From NCBI GenBank assembly GCA_051362555.1, contig CM120646.1:9982001-10046000 (forward strand): DNA of 64,000 nucleotides, in the 5' to 3' direction. Position numbers and translations under genes: made by a program. Shown piece by piece: positions 44,801 through 56,800 of the stretch (its first letter is position 1; every line of letters begins with the position of its first letter). A model generated the notes under the pieces. That model had not been told where the DNA came from. It did not search any database and worked only from the letters and a program-made list of their open reading frames with translations. Source of the stretch: Lingula anatina (taxonomy: Eukaryota > Animalia > Brachiopoda).

Positions 44801-47800
44801 CGCTGTGTTATACTTGTTAAGGAATGAATGCAGTTATTAACGAGAGAGAATAATTTCCTTAACAATTTAGTTAGTTGGATATGAGTTTGCTGTTATTGAT
44901 ACATGTATTTGGAGCAAATTGGTGTAATTGTATTCATATTTAAAGGACCATTACAGACACGAGAAATATCCTTAACACGCCCAATTCTAAAATAACTGTG
45001 GTTCCAAAAGTACCACAGCATTAAAAATTGGGAATATCCTCTAGCATAAAATTCAATCACTCGTAATCAGTGCAAATGGAAATTATTTAACCCCGCCCTG
45101 GTTTTTGATAATTTACAGCAATTCAGCGCAACACAGCACAATACATTTTGAAAAAACGAGTCCAGTCACAAGTAAACAGGGTCATACCCAACAAAATAGG
45201 CTGATTCTAGAGGGAAATTTATAAGTGATGTACTCTGATGTACTTGTATCATGTAAACATTATATGAGACGCCTGCAATGTGATGTGAAAACACGGGCAT
45301 CACGTTTTAGTAAGTGGATGTCTTAAAAAGTCGGTTTGACTTTTATGAATAATTCAGACAAAGTTTATGGTTAAAAGCTTTCAGCTTAGAATAAGAACGG
45401 CTTAAGAATTACCAATTATTAAAACAAAGACCATCCTGACAGATGTTAATATTTTTGAAGAACTTGTCAAAAAGCCGCAACATTTTAGTTAGACTACGGC
45501 CACACACACACAAAAAAAAAAAAAAAATACAGACCGAAAACCAATACTAGCCTATTTAATTTATTGCCAGATTAATATCGATAAATTGCTGCAACGATGC
45601 GTACATCTTATCATCACACGTTTGTTGCTCAATGAAGATGAAGACTCTCTTATACACTAATTCCAGGAAAAAAAACGCTCGCTTGAATTGCGAAAAATAT
45701 CACGTTCCAACACGCGCTTGCAAGCTAATGAAAAACATTCGACATGTGCATCAGCTTCGTGTTCAAACGGCTGTGACTGAGGATTATTGAGGCGACGGAG
45801 AGACCTGTATAATTTGCTAATTAAAACATAGAAAATAAGATTAAGATCTCGGGATGCAATCGGCCTCTGAAGTTCTCTTACACAATTAACAACGGTTGTG
45901 TCATGAAAAATATATTGTAAAAACTGTATGACATCTGCTGAGTGATTGAAAACACATACATAACTAGAGGATCAGAGAGGCGATACCGCCTCCGAATATT
46001 GTACCACCAGCTGGAGCAAGCGCATTCGTATAGACCCCCACATACGCAAAATAAGGGACACAGCCACCAGTCTTATGCTTGACAAGCTGTAAAAATGCAA
46101 TCAACAAGAATTTTCAAAATACGCAAAAAATATATAAAACTTAAAATGGTACAATCAAAGTTAAGTTCATTGTAAGGTAGGTCAAAGGTCAATTTCAAGG
46201 TCACAGTAAATTTCCAGTATATGACTTCCTATTCAACTTCAATAGTAACTATGGACCTATCTCTGCCAGGTTTGGAGTTAAAAGAGAAAGAAATTAGCAG
46301 AGTTCAGTTCATGATTATAAGTAGGTCAAAGGCCAATTTCAAGGTCACATTTAGATTGCCAGTATATGACTTCCTATTCAAGTTCAATAGTAACTATGGA
46401 CCTATCTCGCTAGTTTTGGAAATAAAAGGGAACCAAAATTTGCAAAGTTCAATTCATGATAAAGAGTAGGTCAAAGGTCAATTTCAAGGTCACATTTAGA
46501 TTGCCAGTATATGACTTCCTATTCAAGTTCAATAGTAACTATGGACCTATCTCTGCCAGGTTTGGAGATAAAAGGAAAGCAAAATTTGCAAAGTTCAATT
46601 CATGGTGTAAAGTAGGTCAAAGGTCAATTTCAAGGTCACAGTAAGATTGCCAGTATATGACTTCCTATTCAACTTCAATAGTAACTATGGACCTATCTCT
46701 GCCAGGTTTGGAGTTAAAAGAGAAAGAAATTAGCAGAGTTCAGTTCATGGTGAAAAGTAGGTCAAAGGTCAATTTAAAGGTCACATTTAGATTGCCAGTA
46801 TATGACTTCCTATTCAAGTTCAATAGTAACTATAGACCTATCTCTGCCAGGTTTGGAGATAAAAGGGAACCAAAATTTGCAAAGTTCAATTTATGGTGAA
46901 AAGTAGGTCAAAGGTCAATTTCAAGGTCACAGTAAGATTGCCAGTATATGACTTCCTATTCAACTTCAATAGTAACTATGGACCTATCTCTGCCAGTTTT
47001 GGAGATATAAGGGACTAAATGTTATAATTTCGGAGTTACCTTAATGTGCCATAAATTTCCTACAGAAAAAATTAATTAAAATAAAGAAAAGGTCATTTTG
47101 GTCAAAATTCTTGAAATGGGAGGTGCTCTGAAGTTCCAGAAGTTCAAATTTGATGAAATAATGTCATTTTTGACCACAAGTTGTCTGCTTTGCCAAGTCT
47201 TATGTTTTATTTTTCCGGAGTTCAAAATTTATTATCCATTACCGTACTGCACATTTTGCTTTCACCACCAATATGTACTTTTTGATACAGCGTAACTCGA
47301 AAACCGTATGGAATACAAAAAAACCGAGACCACCTCCAGTGTTGGGCTTTACATGCTCTACAAAATGCAAAAAAGAATGGGTCTCTAGCATTAACGGTTC
47401 CCGAATTAGAGACAGTTTTCAGTTTCGGTATCTTATGGCCGCTTCACCCGTGAAAATGCACCGATTGACCCCAAATTCACAAAGGTGAAAGATGACCTGA
47501 AGGGTAACATTTTCCAATAATATTATTGGTTAAGTCTGTGTGGTGTCTGAATAACAGCGCAAATAAATTTTTTTTCGAAAAAAAATTCATTTTTTTGAAA
47601 ATTTTTGCCCGTTTGACCTTGAAATAAAGGTCAAAGGTCAAATCCAAGGGCATATTTGAAATCTACACATATGACTTTTGGAAAGCCGTCTGTAGAAATT
47701 TTTCCCATAATTCCTTCCGTAGGGTAGATAATTAGCATTTAATTTTGCCATTTTTGGACAAGGGTGCATTGCAATGAGTGCCACACCTAGACCCCAATAC

Positions 47801-50800
47801 CGACAAAGCCCAAATTTTACGTGGAACGAGTTGAGATTATAGGTGACCTAAATCCAAGAGATGGGTATGGGGGCCCTTACCGTCTAGGAGGAGAAGCGGT
47901 AACGGTAACATGGCGGCGGAGCCGGCGGAGCCGGCGGAGCCGCAGGAGCCGGCGGAACGGACCGGACTGGACTAAAACCATGTGTACCGCCAGCGCTAAC
48001 GCTGGTGGTACAATAAGTGGGGTGTCTGTAATAATGTGGGATCAAAAACTTGGTATTTTGGGAGGTTTTATTTGGGAAGTTCAAAAAGATATGTATGATA
48101 GATATTACAAACCGAAAATATAACCGAAGATATAACTTTATACAATATACATTATAAAGAATATACAAGTTCGATGGATGAGCGACTTTGTGTATGTCTA
48201 ATTAATCATTTGCGTTTTTTCATAACCTTACTTATAAATTTCCCTACTGCAGTTGCACCCTGCGCAGAGGGTGGGTTTAGGCTGTTCTGACGTTGTGTGT
48301 TAGACCCTGCAAGTTAACCTAGTGATTTTTTTCGATTTCGTGATGATTGCATTCTAAGAAGAAATTAATTTTATCCTCTGCCTTGTCACAGTAGGGGCAA
48401 TTTCGGTCGGATAGTTGTGTTTTGTTGTTTTTATGTCGCCCTCTTTCAAATTCTAGATCTTGATCACTTATTCGCATTTGTGTGAAAAGCTTTTTTCGGG
48501 TACGTGTGTTTCAACATACTTCATGGTATATTACCACTTCATGGGATAAATGCTCTGATTTTACTGTCAAATCGACTTTATAGGATAAAATGCGACTTCA
48601 TCTTCACATAAGATATCACCTGCGTGCGCGTGCGCCTACATGGGATAATGGTGAAAAAGTACATGTTGTTGGTCCACGTTATGAGAGAGAACGTTTTTGA
48701 AAAATAAGGTATTTTTACATGTACTGTAAATATTATCCAAAATAGGTAAAATGTACGTTTTAATTTACTTGCATGACTGAATATGGTTTCTTTAGTGGTA
48801 TTGGATGCATGTTTTGAGCAATTTTAAAATACACAGGCATATGTAGGTGAGGATCCAGTATTTATAAAAATCAGTACATTATGGGAGATTATGGTCAGCT
48901 TTGAAGAAAAGGAGGTTCAGACCCCTTGGCCCTGGGCCCTCACTTCCCAGATCCGCTTGATACATAAAACTAATGGATCAGGTAAACCAGGCTATGAAAA
49001 CATAATTTACGCGTAGCTTACTGGATTATAAGATTGATTAATAAACAAATTGGAATCAATTATTAAAGATATATAAATAGATAATAGTGTTGAAAAAGAA
49101 GCAGAGAAGGTACATAAATATAATTGTGCACTACAATCGTCTTGTTCAAATCGCGTCCCACTCTGAAAAGACTTCTTTTTTCCATGAGGAAAGACACGCA
49201 GGTGTAATGCTTTAGTTATGTCCCTTTGGTTTCCGAGAGGATCTGTTCTGGTCCTACACCTGTGAATGTCCATCATGACGTGATCAAACGTGTTCCCCAA
49301 ATGTGCCCTTGGCTGGCACTCATTTGACCCGAAAGTATTATTTGCGGCACAGTCTGCATTTGGAAACCTGTTAATAAGGGGTTCGGAGGGGGGGGGGGTA
49401 GGCCTACTTGTTGTTTAGCAGCCTAATTAAAGCAGTTGTTCTGTGAGATCAACAGCCTTGTAGATTGATATTTATTCATAATAAATTGATGAACTGAATT
49501 GAAAAGTTAAGCTGCTAAGTAACCTTGTGTCTCAAGTATATTGCTTAGGATTGCTTATTTCTTTTGTGCTTACACCTCACCCGAGCACTTGTAATTGATA
49601 CCCTGTTACTTGGTTTTAATGTGAAAGATAAGAGCGTAAATTAACTACAGTACACTACAGCCTGGGGGTCATTCCTTAACATAGTTGTAAAGCCGCATTT
49701 TGCAACCAAGGAAGTACGTGAAAACGCAATCTGCAACTGTAACGCATTTAGCAACCAATTTCTTTAAAGTAACTGGAACTATTTGAAATAATTTAGAGAT
49801 AGAATCGGGATGTGAACGGGGTTACCTTGACACCATGGGCTGAATATGGTGCCTGCCCCCGGGGTGGATGATTTATATTTTATTCATATCACAATTTCTG
49901 TCATCTTCCCCAAGCACACAACAATCAGTTTTTTATTGGATCCCTTAACCTACATTCAGGCACTCAGCTGTCCAGTGCTGTGTGGTGTCCTTTTCTTTTT
50001 CAAATTACTTAAGAGTCCATTCACAATCATAATGACAGTTGTAGAGCCGCATCTTTTAAATGCAACGCATTTTGCACCCAAGGAAAGTCGTAAAAATGAG
50101 TTTTGGAACTGCAATGCATTTTGCAACCAGGATATTTTGTAGGCACCTTAAACAGTTTGAAGTACGGGGCGTGGTTGTCCCATAGGGTGGTTGGTTGAAA
50201 TTTTTACATCGTAATTTCTGCTATGTACCCGTAGAGCTGTAGTACCGTGACGACCTTTGGGGGGTATTTTTTTTTAAATATTTATTACTGTTATCCTCTA
50301 TCCATTATAGTGAGGAACATGAGGCGCCGGGGATATTTAAACTTGCCATTAGGGATATGCACGTGTCCTTCGGATTTTTGGTGACTATGGGTGTTGCCTT
50401 CCCTAGGGGTGGTTGATTATTATCTTTATTATTTTCTGCTATATACCCATATAGATATTTGGGTTGAGGAAACTAAAATGTCTGGGTGTGCATCGGCAAT
50501 TTTTTTTATTGTGACCTGGGGTGTGGCTATCCCTGGGGATGGTTGACTAATATATTACCGTAATTTATTTCATCTCCTCCTAGACCATTCGAATTAGGAA
50601 CATGAGTCTTTGGTGCATGAGTGGGCTACATGGGAATTTTAGTGTGACTGTCCCTAGGGGGTGGGGTGATTAATGGTTAGTAAAACAATGAAGCTGTTTC
50701 CATGGATTGCACTTAAGTCAGATTCCTTTCAGAGTTGGACCGAGCCAGCCAGTACGATGTGTGAATCTGAAGGCGTTAGTTAGGAAGGAAGGGGAAATGC

Positions 50801-53800
50801 AGAGAAAGCAGCAGATAGTACTTAATAATTTTACAGACCTTAATATAAGTCGTATTCTTCAATATAGGCCAAGTTAATTAAAACCCATTCAAGACACCAT
50901 ACTCGCAGGAATCCTAGAGTCCAAGTCCCGTTATTCTTTAACATAAAACACACATGTTAATTACTGCTCTTAGGTAATAAACATGTGTGTTTTGTGTTAA
51001 GACACAACAGCAGTTCAACGCTAGGATTTCTGATCTAGTGTGTGGGGCCTTGAATTAATTTTTAATTGGATTCCCTGACCTATATTTACGCATATGGCTG
51101 GAAGTCCAATTAGTTCTGTATGTGCATCTGCTGTTCTCTACATTTCTTAAGGACCCATGCACATTCATTAAAAATGACTGGTTCATCAATATCCGTTTCA
51201 TGTTCCTTAATTTTTAAGGGTATAGATGGCAGAAATAACGATGTGAATCATTCACCCCCCGGGATAGCCACACCTGACATATCATAAACATTCCCGGAAA
51301 CCTATGCATATGCTCAACGGTAGGCTTATGAGCCCGGGAGGTTTCATGTTCCTAACTGTAATGGCTTAAGGGTAGAAGCACGAATAACGATGTAAAATTT
51401 AAAATCAACCTCCCCAGGGACGGCCATACCCAATGTCACAAAAATCCAGAAGGACCCATACACATCCCCAAAGACTGTTTTTTCAATCCCCATAGCATTA
51501 CGTTCCAAACTTCATTGATCTAAGGATGGATAGCAGGAATTACAATGTCAATTAGACTCAACCGCCCCCCCCCCCCCCTCCAAAAAAAATTCGAAGTGCC
51601 CTTCCACATCCAAAATGGTATGTAGCCACGTTTCATGTTCCTAGCATAAGTTCCTAACTATGATGGTTTAGGAAGTAACAATGTGAAATAGATTATGCAT
51701 GTATTTTAATTGTTAATTATTGACCAAGAAAAAATTCTGGTTGCAAAATGCGTTCATCTGCAAAAATCCGGCCCTATTTGTAAGCCTGTACAACCGGCTC
51801 TTCACCAGTTTTATGAATCCCCAGTATTTCATTCTCCCCGACATCTATCTGAACAGTTGACCGTTTCAAATCATTCAGATTTCAGACTTTCCTTAAACCT
51901 TAAACCTTTAACTTAAACTTTAAACCTTAAACTTTTTCAATATATAGGACAGCGGGTCTACATTTTTAAACGACCGAGATATTCTCGAAATATTATGTTG
52001 CATATCAAGCAATAGCTTATTTCGACAGCTGTTATTGCAAGTCATGACATTTATGTCATAGTTACATAATAAATACTTCTATATCACGAATAATGGAATA
52101 GACTGTTTGTTAAAGTAATGTACACCTAATGTGCAGCGAAATTAAAACCTCTCTGCCTAGTAGAGTTCTCGTGGAAAGACATACTACTGTGTACTAGCCA
52201 CATCTATAAACCTGCGCCGTCAATCAAATCACAAATGGTCAGCTTTATGTCCTAGTTTAAAGGCAGGCGATGTGTTTATTTATAGACTTCGTTTGTCTTA
52301 TACATGTAGTGCCTTAGACCCGCCATGATTCAACGCCCAAATATTGTCAGTTTTTAATCGTCCTGAAATCTGAAAAATCTCAAAACAAAATGGGTAGCAA
52401 AAAAAAAAAAATAATAATAATAATAAAAAATAAATAAATAAAAAATAAAAGCTGTTTGCTTTCCGTCACGGAGCTCTTGAGATATTTATAGAAGTTAATC
52501 TCACGGGTATCTTCGAGAACATCTGCAAATAACAGCTTCATTAAACTCCAACGAGATAAAATACACACTATCATGTGAGTGAGTAATGTTACTCCACCCC
52601 CACCCCCCCACTCCATTGCAAATACACGCGTCACTCTCGAAATCATGGTCTAGAATGAAACATCATATCGAGCTTTACGCCTAATTTCCACATCCAACCA
52701 GAACTGAAACATGTTTGGATACAAGCACATCTGTAACGATAGGTTTATGAATCCTGGATGTTTTCCAGGGTATGAAGCAGAAATTACGATGTAAAATATC
52801 GAATCAACCATCCCCAGGACGGCCATACCAAAAGTTTAATTTTTTTTTTTTAAATAGTAAAATGATGGACCCGTGCACATCCCTAATTATGAGTTTATAT
52901 ATCAATGACAAAGACCATTTTTAGTCCATAGAAATATATCTGAAATATCTGAAAGGACTATACCGACCGGACAGGAGGGTCTAAGTAATTATAATTATAA
53001 TTATAAAATTTGGTTGAAAAAAATGAAAAGAAAATTAATTTCAACATTTAATTTTTTGTAGGAAAATGACTGGAGAAAGAGACCAAGAAAGGTTGGACAA
53101 AGACCAATTGATGACACAGTGTATGAAATCATGTTGAAAGTATTGCAAGGAAAATTGTCCTTTGCGAATATACCCAAAGCTACTCGTTCAAGTAATGACA
53201 GGAAGGCATACAGACAACTAGCCAGCAAAAAGTTCAAGCTTGGAAGTGTGCCCGATCCCATCACATCTCGTGAGGAGCAGCGGATACTACTGGAAAAAAA
53301 TGGCACCATTGTCCTCAGGGCATCAGAGGTGAAAGCAGTTGTGCAGAAAGCATCTGCGCTCTCCAAAGGCGAAGGGGCTAGAAAGCTGAAGTTTAGGATT
53401 GGCTCCGTGGTGACAGGGGTGGGAAAGAGAAAAATCCAAGAAGTCCTTAATGCTGACAACCGGCAGCAGCAAAGGAATCCTAAATTTATGAATAAGGCAC
53501 CTCTTCGACCAATCAAATCAAATATGGTTATGGATCGCCACCAGGTGGATTTGGTAGACTTGTCGTCCATTGAAGTAAAAGATGGCGAGGAAACATACAA
53601 GTGGATTCTTTCCTTAATGGACATTTTTAGTAGATATATTTGGCTTCGGCCCTTAAGGTCCAAATCATCTGATGAAGTTGCTGACACCTTAAGGGATATA
53701 TATAATATATTTGGGCCCCCGAGAATATTACAGTCTGACCAAGGTGGGGAGTTCAAAGGAGCTGTAACAAAACTTTGCAAATCACTAGATGTCAAAATTA

Positions 53801-56800
53801 TCCACTCTTCGGCGTATTATCCACAGTCGCAAGGACAGATTGAAAGATCACACCGCACATGGAAAGAAAAACTTCGATATGATCTGATATATGGTGAGAC
53901 GGGGGTAAACTGGGCCAGAGAATATCAAGAGTACGAACGCCTTTATAATGAAGGTCCCCATTTGGCTCTCGGTGGCAGATCCCCATTTGAGGTTTTTTAC
54001 GGCAGAACCAGTAATCGGGTTTCTAACAAAGACGCTGAAGAATACTGTAAATGTGAGGAGAAGGAGGATTTCCATTCTAGTGTGGACGACCTTGTAACTC
54101 ATGAGGATGCTGTCCAAAAGATAAGAAGCCAAGCCCAAAAAAGTACCGAAAAAGCAGCAGAACAGATGATAAAAAGAAACCTAAGAAAAAACCCGCCTTC
54201 TAAATACCACATAGGGGATAATGTTCTTGTTTCTGTTGATCGGAAAGACAAAAGGGTGCAGAGAGGAGGGCATGGCATCTGTAAACCGAGGGTGGCACAA
54301 GGTACTGTAATTATCACCGACTATGAAACACACCGTTACAAAATTAAAGTAGAAAACGAAAAACCAATTTGGTACCGAGTGGACCGGATAACATCATTAA
54401 GTAGGGATGTCGAGCAACAGCGACAGAAAAAAGCCAAGCTAGGATCTCTCGTGTGTCTATACAGAAACTGCCGTGCTCAAAAAAACCGAAATTGTAAAAA
54501 TAAAATGTGCGATAGATGCTGTCCAAAACATGGACTTGATAAATGTCACTACCACACCAAAGACATTTGGGGTCAACTGAGGGCTTTAGAACAACACGAA
54601 GACGCCGTATCGCAAAGTATATATGACTGTCTAATACGGAATGCTCTGAGTATGGGGTTAGTTGAAGTAACTGAAACTCCTAAAGATGGTAATTGTCTTT
54701 TCCATTGTTTAGCCCACCAACTCAATTTAATGAAAAAGACAAAATACACCCACAGGGATGTGAGGGAACAAATTGTTAATTTTTTAGTCAAATATCCCAC
54801 TAATGCACACGGGGTGCATTACAGTAATTTCGTTCCCGGTAATGATTGGGATGGTTACCTCCAGGGTATGGCAGGTACATCCTGGGGTGACCATATTGTG
54901 CTGCAGGCAGCTTCGACATTGTACGGTGTAGATATAATGGTGGTGTCTAGCTTAGGCGAAGAAGCAACTCAGTTTTTGCATTCCACGACTGAAAATGGTG
55001 ATGTCAGTCAACCGAACATAATTATTCTCGGACATCTCGCAGAACACCACTATATTTCACTTCAGGCATTAAATTTTAGCACACCCAGCGGCAATGACAG
55101 TAGCTCCAGTATCACAGCAGATGTTACATCTATTAATGAACCTGGTAGTTATAATTTCACTTCGTCAAAAACTGAATTTGATGTTAGTTATAACGATGTC
55201 AAGGAATATTTGTGTTTAGAATTAGAATCAAAAAACGAAATAGATATGCCTTTCAATAATGCTAACAGTCACAGCCCGGATGAAAATGTTGGAGAGAATG
55301 GGGTACCCCTTCATAGAAATAATGCTCGTGTTGTCAAATTCGTGAAGTACATGGAGAAAAGGGGTAAAACATTCAAGCGACAGATGATTTTGGGTGCGTC
55401 AGGTGGTGGAAGTGAGTTTTTGCTCGTACCGGACGAAGATATGCTTATTTTTGACGATACATCTCTATATATGGACTCCTCTATTAGCACAAGGTTAAAT
55501 GATGTATGCTTTCAGTACTGGTTGTATTATGTATACAAAGGTGACAGACAAGGAATTAGAATAGACGATGATGGTACAGTCAGTATGACTCAAATGCAAG
55601 CTTCTGAATATGACGAATGGTTAACTTCAGTGAAGGGAGAAGTTTGCTATGAATATGGTTTTAAATCCATTTAATTGCTTATAATTTAAGTCATTTAAGT
55701 GTATTTTTACACATAACCCATGCAATTTTTGATAATATCGTTGTATGAAGTGTCTGTATGTGGATGTCTATGTGGATGTCAGAGAATGTCTTTAAATGCT
55801 TTCTTGTTATACAACATGCAATGTTCGCGAAAACTGCAGCAACAACGTTCCACTGAGAGATCAGTTTTTGGATGTATAGTTTTACGTAGAATGTAATTTT
55901 TTACGATAAAGAAACTTAGGCTATGTAATTATATAACTAGAAGTATATAATTAGAATATTGTTCTTAATTTTAAGTGTTTGTTAAAGTTAGAAATCATTA
56001 ATTTTCATAGCAATGTCACCAGTACGCCTTTAGTTCACTTTTACTTTGAACAGTATTAATGTCGATTACATCATATTTAGAAAGTTGACATTTGCGTCAG
56101 ATGAATGCATAACATTTTATTTTACACATGGTTATTGTACATTTGGGATCATATCCTTACTGATTTTACGACATGCGCTACATCGTGATTAGTAGAAGTA
56201 GAAACGGTAACGACATTTTCTCAAGAGTACTTGTGTAATCTTTTATTATACTTTCAATTTAATCTTTGTGAGTTGAGGGTGTTAGTCTTTAATGACATGA
56301 ATTAGTGTTATTAGAAGTAGGATTGTGGTGTTTTCATAAACGTGTATAAGGCATGTTATTTATATTACATAGTTCACTTGTCTATTGCTACATGTATATT
56401 GTATTGTTCAATGACATCACTTTGCCTCAAGGACCCTCAAGTGCACCTATCCGTTATCATAACGAATTGCATTGTAATTCAGACCTGGGACCAGACCAGT
56501 TTTATGTCAAGAATATATAAGGTGAACATGAATACGCAAGAATATAAGAATTGCTACTAAAACCCCCAGAGTTATTAATTCGCGTCATACACCTGTGCTG
56601 TACATGATACATGTATGTAGTACTGTAGGAATATAGAATAAACGATATGCCGCTATGTCTGTTTTCGTCTTATAAGATTTGATGATGTTTTCGTTTCTTC
56701 CAAATGTTGTCTTCAACTGAACATGATAATGAATAAATCCCTTCTCTTTCCACTTTAGTAATATATTTTTCTACTAGCACTGCTCATCTGAATTAATTTA

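Noticed and set aside
46177-47015. CRISPR-like array or repeated short ORFs
   Set aside because: Whole 145-bp units repeat with no unique spacers, the context is eukaryotic, and there are no cas genes. The ORFs are by-products of the satellite.
47821-48168. Arg-rich and Pro/Ala-rich ORFs
   Set aside because: They arise from the CGGAGCCGG microsatellite of the Helentron-type element.
53001-53795. 264-aa minus-strand ORF and other short ORFs at 53798-54800
   Set aside because: Antisense shadows of the transposase; no recognisable motifs.
53062-55674. LTR retrotransposon pol fragment
   Set aside because: No RT, RNase H, gag or direct LTRs; the ORF is bounded by inverted repeats.
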